The notes beneath the pieces are model-generated. The model did no database searches. It saw only the letters and a list, made by a program, of their open reading frames with translations, and had not been told where the DNA came from. This document shows, in pieces, positions 51,786 to 61,812 of a stretch of DNA of 64,000 nt. The DNA comes from Thermofilaceae archaeon (GTDB taxonomy: Archaea; Thermoproteota; Thermoprotei; Thermofilales; Thermofilaceae). The stretch spans positions 256,001 through 320,000 of the forward strand of contig JAWCCZ010000001.1 in NCBI GenBank assembly GCA_038861545.1, read 5' to 3'. Within the stretch, counting starts at the first letter, position 1. Every line of letters begins with the position of its first letter. Position numbers and translations under genes: made by a program.

Positions 51786-52697
51786 TTATGTTTCTAAAGT
51801 ATCAGCATTTCGAATCTCTACATCGGTCCCTAGCCAGTAAACATACTTGAAATTCTTCCAATTTAATGCAGCTGCCGAAACACTATCCTTTGAAGCTACA
51901 ACTATGCCAAGCGAATATTTCTCCCCGTCCAGCCTTGCCACCTCGGCAGCCGCCTCAATTACTGAGTTAGCAGCCTTAGAGGTATCGTAACCTTGCGATA
52001 GCAGCATTACAGCTTTAAACGCAGCAACTGTTCTCATGGCTACTTCTCCAACGCCTGTGCAAATAGCTGCGCCGTACCTGCTGTCAGAGTAGAATCCAGC
52101 TCCAACTACTGCAGAATCAGCTACTCTTCCTGGGAATTTAAAGGCGATCCCACTTGTTGATGCGCCGGCAGCGACATTTCCCTGCCGATCCATTGCTATG
52201 ACGCCTATCGTATCGTGCCAGATTCGCGAAGCTAAGCGGAATATTTTGTCATAGTAGGTAAAGAGTTGCGCGGAGCCTTCAACTATTTTCTTTTCCAATT
52301 CTCTTTTCCTCTGAAAGGCTTCGGGCGATAATTGAGGCGTTTCAACCAGTTCTAACCCAAGGTGCTCCGCCAGTTTCACAGCGGGTTCGCCTACTATAAG
52401 CGAGTGCGGAAGTAATTCAAGGCATTTCCTGGCTAGGCTGATCGGATGCTTAACGCGCTTTACAGCTGCAACCCCGCAAGCCCTTAAAGTATACCCGTCC
52501 ATTATTCCGGCGTCAAGTGTGACTTCTCCAATCCAATCAGGCCAGCCGCTTAAGCCAACGCTTCTTTCATTGGGATCGTTCTCAACCGCAGCTATGCCGC
52601 GCTCAACTGCATCAACTGCTGTTCCTCCCCTTAGAAGAACTTCTACGGCTGTTTGAACCGCCTTAACCCCGGAATCGTGGTACGATGCTGCTAGCAC
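51786..52697 (-). CDS. Ntn-hydrolase: glycosylasparaginase / isoaspartyl peptidase-like
   Basis: SVGLSGWPD, TLDAGIMDG, HD-TIG autocleavage site, STSG, GRVADS, TGVGE; start set at GTG 52697 (ORF extends to 52736). Confidence 0.9.
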   Translation of the reverse strand: MLAASYHDSGVKAVQTAVEVLLRGGTAVDAVERGIAAVENDPNERSVGLSGWPDWIGEVTLDAGIMDGYTLRACGVAAVKRVKHPISLARKCLELLPHSLIVGEPAVKLAEHLGLELVETPQLSPEAFQRKRELEKKIVEGSAQLFTYYDKIFRLASRIWHDTIGVIAMDRQGNVAAGASTSGIAFKFPGRVADSAVVGAGFYSDSRYGAAICTGVGEVAMRTVAAFKAVMLLSQGYDTSKAANSVIEAAAEVARLDGEKYSLGIVVASKDSVSAAALNWKNFKYVYWLGTDVEIRNADTLET

Positions 52698-52785
52698 TGC
52701 TGCGGTACCGAAAAGCCGGGTAAAAAAACTTAACATGCGGAAAACTTTTAAGTTACTAAGTTACTAATGTAAATGAGCTGAAATT

Positions 52786-53160
52786 ATGAAGGAGCACCCA
52801 ATTGGATGGCCGCGTGAACACCTACCACACCACTGGTGTGGCCCTCCTCACAAGCCTCCCCATTTCAGAGGCCTTCTTCACCTAGCGATTTTAAAGTCCC
52901 TTAAAGATGGACCAGTGCACGGAGCTGAGGTTCAAAGGATAATTAGAGAGAGGTATGGAGTGGAAGCCCCTCCACCAGCTGTTTACGGCTTATTGAGAAG
53001 GCTGGAGGAACAGGGATTCGTTATCTCCACATGGGAAACCGCTGAAAGCGGGCCCGCTCGCAGGGTTTACAGGATAACTGAAGAGGGGTTAATGTATCTT
53101 GAGCACTCCTTTGAACATATGAAAAAACTGAAAGATCTCCTCGATAAACTGATTGAATAA
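52786..53160 (+). CDS. PadR family regulator with His/Pro-rich N-terminus
   Basis: VYGLLRRLEEQG, GPARRVYRITEEG; N-terminal HLPHHWCGPPHKPPH. Confidence 0.92.
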   Translation: MKEHPIGWPREHLPHHWCGPPHKPPHFRGLLHLAILKSLKDGPVHGAEVQRIIRERYGVEAPPPAVYGLLRRLEEQGFVISTWETAESGPARRVYRITEEGLMYLEHSFEHMKKLKDLLDKLIE

Positions 53161-53188
53161 ATAAGAGTACAATATTTTTTTATATTTT

Positions 53189-55453
53189 TCAAGGAATCGA
53201 TACTATCTCATACCATATGGTTTCAAAATCTGAAACCACTCTAAAGACCTTATATTCACCATCCGTCGAGACCGGCACTTTGGCTCGTCTATTACCATTA
53301 TTATCTAAGGCCCAGACCTCTATGTTTTTCGAGGTTTTTATTTTTAAGGTAGCGTTTAATCCCTCAATTATAGTTGGGCCTTCCCCCCAGTCGCCTACCT
53401 GCCCCCACTGGAAAGGGCATACAATTTTCTTCCCTTTAGCATCTCCTAACGCCTTCATGCGAGTTGAGCCCACAGCAATTATTTTCTTCGTATCGTAATC
53501 CCTGATTCTAATCCCAATATTAGTAGTATAGCCAGTGGTTATCAATAACATAGTATTCCAGTAGTCAAAGGTTTCATTTTGTTTCGTGACAAGTGATACT
53601 ATGCCCCAACCGTTAAGCACCGTATTATCTACCTCTAAGATTAAGTTTTTGAAATTAAACCTTTTACCCCCGATGAATCCAACAAGGGCTAAAGTTCTAT
53701 CAGTTTTGACAACAAGGATCCCCTCGTTCCTTCTCGAGGTATCCCAGGCAATTTGTCCCGTGTCAGAGTTGTATACACCCGATTTAATCTCTTCTGGGAG
53801 AGTTACGGTATCCGGAGTCTTTATCTCCTCGCCGGGGGGTGTGTAAGTCGCTACTGCTACTTTATGGATTAAAGATGCCTCAGCCGGAATACCCACGTCA
53901 AGTCCATCTGCATAGTTGTACTCTTTCAGAAAGCGCCTTTCCACGTAATCTGGCAGATCCGCTACTACGTAAGTCTTAGCAGGCTCTACGTCGCCACGAA
54001 CGAACACCATGTAAGCTGGAATCATCAACGCCATCTTAGCGGGGTTTTGATCAATGTCGAAGAACCCCCTCAGCCTCTTTGAATCCCAGTCGCCGAGACT
54101 CCCATATGCAAAGAAAATTATGCCATCCCAGTCTTGAAGCGCGGCATACGTTGCGAGTATTAAGGTTCCTTCAGGACCGTACATGTTGGGATTTGGATGA
54201 TCATACTCGCTAACCACGAACGGCTTCCCGTAAACTCTGTAACTGGCTAAGCTGATAATCGTGCTTTTCAGCGGGTTGTTAACCATTGGTTCATTGAGAA
54301 CGTACCAGTTCTGCGGATCCCAAGGAGCTCCCGGGAATTCTGGATGTTGCCAATAGGCGTGAGCATCAATTGCGTCGAAGCGTGACTGTATGTTTAAAGG
54401 GCTGAAAACTGCTGTACTACCAACTATAATTCCTTTATAACCGATTTCCTGTCTTAAGAAATTGTAAAGTTCTGTGTAAGTCTCTACTTCAAGCTGGTAC
54501 ACGAAGTCTAACCATGCCTCTCTAACGAAATCGGGCGCTTCCCAGTACATTTTACTGGTTAAGGCAGGAGCTCTAGCACTAACAATACCCCACTTCCTTG
54601 TGAATTCTTCTATGGAGCCATACCTAGATTGTAGATATGAGTTCCACAAGTTTTCCAGCTTTGTCTTGTAATGATCCGGAAGTCTGCTAACTAGGTCGGT
54701 TAGCATATACCAGAACCATGATCCCATTTCGTTAACAATTTCTACAAAGGCTACTTGAGGATCATCAAAATACCTCATACCAGTGTATGGATTTTCATGT
54801 GTCAAGAGCTGGTACACAAACTCCTTATAAAGTGCCCTGATCTGGGGATCGATAAACATAAGCGCATGCTGATCTTTATTGTCAATGTTCTCAATTTCTG
54901 CGGGTAACCCGTCAGCAGCTTTGAACCTCCGGTTAACTAGTAAGTTTATATTAACGTAGATCCCATGATCTCTGAGCTTAGCCACAAAATAATCAAATCT
55001 ATCAAGTGCTTCTGAGTTAAGGTGCCTAGTAGTTTCAGCGCTGTATCCTCCGAAGATATTAATTGATTCCCACGAAGCGTCAATTCCATGCAGCCTAACC
55101 AGGTTAACTCCCAGCTTAGCTAGTCTTCCTGCGATCTTACTTGCATCTTGTTTTTGGGGGAAGCAGGCTCCACCGCCTATGTTCACCCCGAAGAACTTAA
55201 TTCTATGTCCATTCACATAGAAGTGTCCATCATTACCGACTTGCACTCTTTCAATAGTTTTATTCCACTCGGAAGCCCAATATTTTACGCTTGTTGCAGT
55301 TTCAGCTGAATCGTCCCAAGGAATATAAAATTCAAATAAATTGAATATATCAGGTGGAGTTTTCTGCTTGGAACCCAAGAAGTTCGTAATCAATAAAACC
55401 ACTCCAACTGCAACTACAGTGAAAATCACAGCAAATTTACGCTTACCGCTCAC
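53189..55453 (-). CDS. Membrane-anchored clan GH-A glycoside hydrolase (GH5-like)
   Basis: N-terminal TM; GVNLVRLH, LLTHENPYTG, EIVNE, DAHAYWQHP, VVSEY, AALQDWDG. Confidence 0.85.
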   Translation of the reverse strand: MSGKRKFAVIFTVVAVGVVLLITNFLGSKQKTPPDIFNLFEFYIPWDDSAETATSVKYWASEWNKTIERVQVGNDGHFYVNGHRIKFFGVNIGGGACFPQKQDASKIAGRLAKLGVNLVRLHGIDASWESINIFGGYSAETTRHLNSEALDRFDYFVAKLRDHGIYVNINLLVNRRFKAADGLPAEIENIDNKDQHALMFIDPQIRALYKEFVYQLLTHENPYTGMRYFDDPQVAFVEIVNEMGSWFWYMLTDLVSRLPDHYKTKLENLWNSYLQSRYGSIEEFTRKWGIVSARAPALTSKMYWEAPDFVREAWLDFVYQLEVETYTELYNFLRQEIGYKGIIVGSTAVFSPLNIQSRFDAIDAHAYWQHPEFPGAPWDPQNWYVLNEPMVNNPLKSTIISLASYRVYGKPFVVSEYDHPNPNMYGPEGTLILATYAALQDWDGIIFFAYGSLGDWDSKRLRGFFDIDQNPAKMALMIPAYMVFVRGDVEPAKTYVVADLPDYVERRFLKEYNYADGLDVGIPAEASLIHKVAVATYTPPGEEIKTPDTVTLPEEIKSGVYNSDTGQIAWDTSRRNEGILVVKTDRTLALVGFIGGKRFNFKNLILEVDNTVLNGWGIVSLVTKQNETFDYWNTMLLITTGYTTNIGIRIRDYDTKKIIAVGSTRMKALGDAKGKKIVCPFQWGQVGDWGEGPTIIEGLNATLKIKTSKNIEVWALDNNGNRRAKVPVSTDGEYKVFRVVSDFETIWYEIVSIP

Positions 55454-55558
55454 GGATACTCATTGTCATCCTTACTATTATTAAGTATAACCTCCATCAG
55501 TTTTCTAAAATTCTTCTTTCATGAGGGCATAAAATAATCAAATTTCTGCTTAGCTGAA

Positions 55559-58456
55559 TTAACTAGAGGATAACATGCACCAGTCCAGTGTAACTTCTAG
55601 GTGTTTCCTCTCGAATTCTTTTTCTTTTAATCTGAATACCGTCGAGCGTGTCTCACCGGGACCCAATTCAATAGGATACATTTCGGTGGGAATTCCATCT
55701 AAACGAAGTATTACCTTTACTGTATCTGTCACTTCACCGATGTTCATTACTTCTACCCTTACAGTAACTTCGTTTCCCTGCCTTTCAAAGTCTATGCTTT
55801 TCAACTCAAACTTAGCCTCAAACCGTTTCTCCACGGTGAAAGTGCCCTTCAGCCTTATATCCTCAGACGATGAGCCCACCATCACAAGGAATTCGCCCGG
55901 TTCTACCACTCTCCTCATTCTTTCATTAAAGAAAGCCAGGTCATCTGGTTTCAACTGGAACATTATTCGCACATGCTCGCCCGGTTTTAGGTTTACACGC
56001 TTGAAGCCTTTCAGTTCCTTTATGGGTCTAGCAACGCTGGAGACGAGATCCCTGATGTACATTTGAACCACTTCGTCACTTTCGCGATCTCCAGCGTTGC
56101 TCACAGTAACCGCGACCTCGACTAGCTTGCCCCCCTCTATAACGTTAATGTTCAGATCACTATACTCGAATTTCGTATAGCTTAAACCATGGCCGAACGG
56201 GAAAAGCGGTGCCCCGGTCATATTTACATAATCGTATACTCTTCCCGAGGGTTTATAGTTATAATACAGGGGTAATTGTCCCTCATGATGAGGCCAAGTG
56301 AAAGGTAGTCGACCGGAGGGGCTGAAATTTCCAAATAGTATGTCAGCTATAGCTTTACCCCCTTCCTGGCCAGGGTACCAGGCTTGCAAAAATGCAGGGA
56401 CTCTGTAAATCCAATCGCCTACAACTGGGCTACCGCTAACTAATACAACAATGATATTTGTGTTTACTTCCAGTAATTTTTCGATCATCCGTTCCTGAGA
56501 CCTCGGCAATCTTAGGACAGCTCTATCCTTCTCTTCACCTTCAATTATATCAGCGAAAAAGATAACAGCATCGGCCTCTCTTGCTAGCTCTATAGCCTTC
56601 CGCATCTCTTCACAGTCAACAATATCCCAGCCAAGTCTAACACCAGCGTAACCCCTTGTTCTAACAAACTCCAATACGAAGCTCTGCTCCCCTTTAATTT
56701 CGGTTTCAACTATTTTGTAAGTGCTGATCCCCGTTGCATCTATTTCGGCTAGGATATGCGTGCCAAGTATAAGCCTAGCTTTACCGCCTGCGACACCTAG
56801 GCAGAACGCGTACCTGCCAGGCATCGGTGGAAGTAGTCGACCGGAGAATCTAACCGAATAGTTTTCATTTTTAATCAATTGGTGAGGCCTCCTATAACCC
56901 CATTCATACCTAAAACCGCCCCAATGCAGGCTAATTGTATCTACCACAGGTGAACCCTGAAAGTCCGGTGCATCGAAGATCTCAATGCGCACACCATCAC
57001 CCCTCATATCTTCAGGTGGGGCCAAATAGCCAAGCCTAAGGCCCGGGAGCCAGTTGTGAATGGCGCTCCAATAGTCTAATCCAATGGGACAAGCTTCAAC
57101 ATAGTTGACTTCAACCTGACAGCCTCTCAGCTCATCCCTGATAGCGTCCAGCGGTGTAATTGCTCTGCCGGGTTCCCCACTATACCCGCCCAGTTTAAGT
57201 TGCTTTGCCGCACCACCCACTACAAGTAGTTTCTTTAGCTTGCCTTTATTTAGTGGGAGAAGGTTGTGCTCGTTCTTAAGCAGAACTATAGCTTTCCTTG
57301 AAGCTTCAAGGGCTAGATACCTGTGCTCTTCACTGCCTATGATTCTCTTAGCCTCTCCTGGATCAACGAACGGGTTGTCAAAGAGACCTACTAGGAATTT
57401 CACCCTAAGGACTCTGCGAACGGCTTCATTGATTACCTCCATTGGGATTAAACCTTTTTTTATAGCCTTCAGAAGTTCCTCTCCAAAGATGTCGACGCTG
57501 GGTAGCTCAACCTCTAAACCAGCTTCCAGTGCCAGTTTAGCGGCGAGATCTCTTGTGTTCGCTAGCGAGTGCTGATAGATGATGCCGGATACCGAGCCAT
57601 AATCCGATACGACGAACCCCTCAAATCCCCATTCCTTCCTTAGTAGATCGGTAAGTAGCCATCTGTTACTACTGCATGCTATTCCGTCCAGCGAGTTATA
57701 GGCCGCCATAACCGAAAGAGCTCCTGCTCTGATGCAGGCGCGGAAGGGTGGCAGGAAAACTTCTCGGAGTATAAGCTCTGAAAAGTGTGCCTCGTGACTG
57801 TCCCTTCCCCCCTCTGCCTCAAAGTTTGCGACGAAGTGCTTTGGAGTTGCTACAATATATTCTTCGCGGAGGGCTCTGCAATAAGCCTCGCCCATTACTG
57901 AAGTCAAGTAAGGGTCCTCTCCATATGTCTCTTCTGTCCGACCGGCTCTAATGTCTCTAGCTAAGTTAACAACCGGAGAAAGGCACTGATGTATACCTCT
58001 TGCCCGGGTTTCTTTAGCCACCGCTTTTGCAACCCTGTATACTAGATCTGGATCCCAAGTGGCGGCGAGAGCTATCGCTTGGGGGAACTGTGTTGAATAC
58101 TTAGCTAAACAGCCGTGAAGGCATTCATCATGTATGAGGGCTGGTATGCCTAAACGTGTACCCTCAATAAGCTTGCGCTGAACTTCATTGGCCAGCTTGG
58201 CTCCCTCTTCAGGTGGCAAAGCTCGAAGGATGCATGAAAGGTTCCCCACTTCCTTAAACTCAAAACTTGACTGAAGTTGCGAAACCTTCTCCTCTAATGT
58301 CATTCTGTTTAGAAGGTCTTCTACTCTTTCTTCAATCGGTTTAGAGGGATCCTCGTATGGGTCTTTTACTCCATTTTTGTTAAAATCGATCCAGTTTTTA
58401 TTATATATCCCAATTTTCTCGGCGCCGGGAGGTAGGTAGAATTCTCTGTTACGCAT
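55559..58456 (-). CDS. GH3 beta-glucosidase/xylosidase with PA14-like insert and Fn3 domain
   Basis: MTLEEK, GRTEETYGEDP, KHF, VVSDY nucleophile, WYPGQEGG, PFGHGLSYT. Confidence 0.95.
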   Translation of the reverse strand: MRNREFYLPPGAEKIGIYNKNWIDFNKNGVKDPYEDPSKPIEERVEDLLNRMTLEEKVSQLQSSFEFKEVGNLSCILRALPPEEGAKLANEVQRKLIEGTRLGIPALIHDECLHGCLAKYSTQFPQAIALAATWDPDLVYRVAKAVAKETRARGIHQCLSPVVNLARDIRAGRTEETYGEDPYLTSVMGEAYCRALREEYIVATPKHFVANFEAEGGRDSHEAHFSELILREVFLPPFRACIRAGALSVMAAYNSLDGIACSSNRWLLTDLLRKEWGFEGFVVSDYGSVSGIIYQHSLANTRDLAAKLALEAGLEVELPSVDIFGEELLKAIKKGLIPMEVINEAVRRVLRVKFLVGLFDNPFVDPGEAKRIIGSEEHRYLALEASRKAIVLLKNEHNLLPLNKGKLKKLLVVGGAAKQLKLGGYSGEPGRAITPLDAIRDELRGCQVEVNYVEACPIGLDYWSAIHNWLPGLRLGYLAPPEDMRGDGVRIEIFDAPDFQGSPVVDTISLHWGGFRYEWGYRRPHQLIKNENYSVRFSGRLLPPMPGRYAFCLGVAGGKARLILGTHILAEIDATGISTYKIVETEIKGEQSFVLEFVRTRGYAGVRLGWDIVDCEEMRKAIELAREADAVIFFADIIEGEEKDRAVLRLPRSQERMIEKLLEVNTNIIVVLVSGSPVVGDWIYRVPAFLQAWYPGQEGGKAIADILFGNFSPSGRLPFTWPHHEGQLPLYYNYKPSGRVYDYVNMTGAPLFPFGHGLSYTKFEYSDLNINVIEGGKLVEVAVTVSNAGDRESDEVVQMYIRDLVSSVARPIKELKGFKRVNLKPGEHVRIMFQLKPDDLAFFNERMRRVVEPGEFLVMVGSSSEDIRLKGTFTVEKRFEAKFELKSIDFERQGNEVTVRVEVMNIGEVTDTVKVILRLDGIPTEMYPIELGPGETRSTVFRLKEKEFERKHLEVTLDWCMLSSS

Positions 58457-58900
58457 ACTGTCAAGTGTATTAGACTTGTAAAAATAAGTTGCGCAAAAGA
58501 TGTGAATGTATTCATTAATGGATGTAGTACCTATGGAACAATCTTAAAATATGTAAATCTCTGACGATTAACCCAGCTTAAGCCTTTACCGATGTACCCA
58601 CAATAGTTTAATCAAGTATAATCTCATTTGGCTGAAAGGATAACCAAGTAGTTAACATTCTATTAAAATTTATTTTATTGAGGATTATAATTGCCACCTT
58701 ACAGTTATTTCTGTAGCCGGTTAGCATTATTGCTTTAGTGGTTATAGTCACCGAGTATGAAAGGTCAACCTATCCAGTATATTCCCTAACATTGCAGGCA
58801 TAAGGGCGGCAGAACATATTCCGAGCACGTAGGCTAGCGTAAGATTGGTTTATGCGTATGTTAATGATGAACTAAAATATGGTGAATATTCTCCAATGAG

Positions 58901-59453
58901 TTACATAGGTATATTAGGACACTAGAACGCTCTCTCGATTTGATTGAGAGAGTATATCCTCTGCTGGAGGAAGGAAAAAGGTAGGACTAGATACCTGGTG
59001 AAGGACAACTTTTTCAGGTTTTGGGTCAAATTTGTAAGACCTAGTTTTAACCTATTACAACTCGGTGAAGTGAAAAAAAGGTATCTAGAGGCTTTACAGA
59101 AATGCTGGACAAATATGTCTCCTTAATCTTCGAAATACAGCATTGGAGCATTTTGCCTGTCGAGTCCCAGCAACAAGAGTTGACAGGTGGTGTGGGGGAG
59201 AAGTAAGGGTCGACGGCGTGACTGTAAATGAGAAAAATCGAAAAGTTTTCCTTTGGAGGCTAAATAGTCAAAGAAGCTGGTAGATAGGTCTGTCCCGCGG
59301 GAGCTTGAAAGGAAGGCGGACGAATTCTAGTAGAGAAGAGGAGATCGTGAGGAAGTGAACTACTTATACTAGAGAAGCGGCTTCACAATCGAGCCTGAGG
59401 AGGAGGTTATACTCGTGAACTTAAGCGACATTTGCGCTGAAACATGCAACTAA
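58901..59453 (+). pseudogene. Remnant of archaeal ATPase-DUF234 (PD-(D/E)XK) protein C-terminus
   Basis: Frameshifted fragments LHRYIRTLERSLDLIERVYP, YLVKDNFFRFWVKFV, RVDGV...LEAK*, RSGFT; several stops. Confidence 0.7.
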
Positions 59454-59495
59454 AGTTACGTTAGGGTAATTAAAGGCTATTCCTACTATAAACAC

Positions 59496-60980
59496 ATGAA
59501 CATAGCGTTAATATTCGATTGCGGTTCAACTAACCTGAGAGTAGCAGCGATTAACGAGCAAGGCGAAATTGTGGCTCAGGCTAATACCTCGAATTTTCCA
59601 GTACCGCAACCGGGTCACGTAGAATGGCTCACCTGGGATATTGACGGGATATGGGTTAAGCTTTGCAGGCTTTCAAAACAAGTTGTAAACCATTTAGAAA
59701 GAGCTAAAATTGAAGCAGTGGCTGTCACCACATGGGGAGCAGATGGGGCCTTGGTCAAACGGGATGGCTGTCTAGCTTATCCAGCTATCTCATGGCAGTG
59801 TCAGCGGACAAGAGAGGTAGTGCCGAAAGTGCTAGAATTAATAAGCCCCAGGGAAATCTTCCGGATCACTGGCTATCAAGCGATATATTTCAACACACTT
59901 TTCAAACTCTACTGGATCAAAAAGAATGCCCCTGAAGCTTTTAGAGAAGCTTACACATGGTTAATGATGCCAGGTCTCATAGTTCACAGGCTCTGCAGTG
60001 AGTTTCACGTAGATCCAACAAGTGCATCAACAACAATGTCAATGGACCTAGGCAAGCGTGACTGGAGTTCCGAAATGCTTGCATTGGCGGGGCTTGAGCC
60101 CAGCTTCTTCCCCGAGTGGGTTGAGCCAGGGGAAATCATAGGCTTCGTAAATGAGGATGCCTCGAAGTTAACCGGGATTCCCAACGGTGTGCCAGTTGTT
60201 GCTGCTGGTCATGACACGCAGTTCGCTATCTTAGCTGCCGGCGCCGGTGAGAGAGAAGCAATTCTATCAAGTGGAACGTGGGAAATCCTAGCTCTACGCT
60301 CGAATAGCTACGATCCAAACGAGAAAGCTTTAGAGCTAGGCATGATCATTGAAGCTGATGCAGAGCGAGGTAAATGGAACCCCCAGCTACTGATGATCGC
60401 TTCAGCTGTAATCGAATGGTTAAAAAACCTTGTTTACCCAGAGTTGGGGCCAAGCGAGTACACAGCTATGGTTAATGAGGCGAGAAAGGTCGAACCGGGT
60501 TCCGGAGGTCTTATCCTTATACCAAGCTTTGTACCTGACTCAGGACCTTTAAGCAAATATGGCATGAAAGGGGCAATACTAGGGCTTCAGCTTAGCTCTA
60601 GCAGAGGCCAGCTCTACAGGGCAGCTATGGAAGGTCTTTCGATACAACTGAGGTTAGCATTGGAATCTCTTGAGCAAGCTTTTAGCTTCAAAGCTAAAGG
60701 GGTAAGGGTGGTGGGTGGGGGATCGAAAAATGATCTATGGAATCAGATTAGAGCTGATGTGCTGGGGTTACCGGTTTCAGTGCCGCGTTTCAGTGAGGCT
60801 ACAATTCTAGGTGCAGCTGTTGTAGCCTTTAGGGGCACGGGAGTTTACAAAAGCTTTGAGGAAGGTCTTAGAGCAATAAGTGGGGAAACTCGCGTTTTCA
60901 AGCCGGAGAGTAACGAAATCTATGACTCAATTTATAGGCGCTTCTTGACAACTCTCGAGACTTTCTCTAAGCTATCTTAA
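59496..60980 (+). CDS. fucK: L-fuculokinase-like FGGY carbohydrate kinase
   Basis: FDCGSTNLR, AVTTWGADG, ISWQCQRT, AGHDTQFA, LSSGTWEIL, GGGSKNDLWNQI. Confidence 0.85.
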   Translation: MNIALIFDCGSTNLRVAAINEQGEIVAQANTSNFPVPQPGHVEWLTWDIDGIWVKLCRLSKQVVNHLERAKIEAVAVTTWGADGALVKRDGCLAYPAISWQCQRTREVVPKVLELISPREIFRITGYQAIYFNTLFKLYWIKKNAPEAFREAYTWLMMPGLIVHRLCSEFHVDPTSASTTMSMDLGKRDWSSEMLALAGLEPSFFPEWVEPGEIIGFVNEDASKLTGIPNGVPVVAAGHDTQFAILAAGAGEREAILSSGTWEILALRSNSYDPNEKALELGMIIEADAERGKWNPQLLMIASAVIEWLKNLVYPELGPSEYTAMVNEARKVEPGSGGLILIPSFVPDSGPLSKYGMKGAILGLQLSSSRGQLYRAAMEGLSIQLRLALESLEQAFSFKAKGVRVVGGGSKNDLWNQIRADVLGLPVSVPRFSEATILGAAVVAFRGTGVYKSFEEGLRAISGETRVFKPESNEIYDSIYRRFLTTLETFSKLS

Positions 60981-61300
60981 ACTGATATACATAACTTCTT
61001 TTCACACAGTTTAGAACCGCTTTCAGAGCTTAGCGTAGCCAACATTATACAGCTATCAGTCTCGGCGTTTTCAACTATGTTATTATGCTATTTCTCTAAT
61101 GTGATGGATGTAAATCCTCTATTTTCGCAAACTCACACAGCTACGTACTTTAAAAGGTTGGAGGGGTAATTCCGGCGAAGCTACCCAAGCAGCATCGGAA
61201 ATAATTTCATGGTTACCCTTTAACGAAACTTAACCATAGTCTTGGGAGTTTAAAATCCATAACACACTTATACCATTCGGGCGTAGTAGCCCGGGGGGTT

Positions 61301-61801
61301 ATGCCTAAACAGGTTTTGATAGCGTATTATAGTTGGTCCGGGAATACGCGTAGGCTCGCTCAAACTATACACAAGATCATTGGGGGTAAGCTTTTCGAAG
61401 TTGAACCGGCTACACCCTACCCAAGCTCATATAATGCAACTGTTGAGCAGGCGAGAAGGGAAATTCAGTCAGGCTATAGGCCTCAACTGAAGGCTAAGCT
61501 CGCGAGCATCGAGCCTTATAGTGTAGTATTCATCGGATCACCTAACTGGTGGGGGACTATAGCTCCCCCCATCGCGGCATTTCTCTCCGAGTATGACCTC
61601 TCGGGAAAGGTTGTAATTCCTTTTTTCACCCACGGTGGAGGTGGGATGCAGAATATGCTCACCGATTTGAAGAAACTTTGCCTTAACTCAAGGGTTCTCG
61701 AACCTTTTCTCGTACAAGGAAGCAGAGTCGGCGCAGCCGAGAAATCTGTCAGCGAATGGCTTCATAGAATTAAAGTAAGCGAGTTGGTTAGCAGCCCGTA
61801 G
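61301..61801 (+). CDS. Flavodoxin
   Basis: YYSWSGNT, GSPNWWGT, FFTHGGGG. Confidence 0.92.
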   Translation: MPKQVLIAYYSWSGNTRRLAQTIHKIIGGKLFEVEPATPYPSSYNATVEQARREIQSGYRPQLKAKLASIEPYSVVFIGSPNWWGTIAPPIAAFLSEYDLSGKVVIPFFTHGGGGMQNMLTDLKKLCLNSRVLEPFLVQGSRVGAAEKSVSEWLHRIKVSELVSSP

Positions 61802-61812
61802 TAGGTAGCGGC

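Noticed and set aside
55575-56066. Antisense ORFs in the track (also 12292..12696, 36147..36614, 50204..50617, 8845..9249 and others)
   Set aside because: Shadows of well-supported genes; Ser/Thr-rich with no motifs
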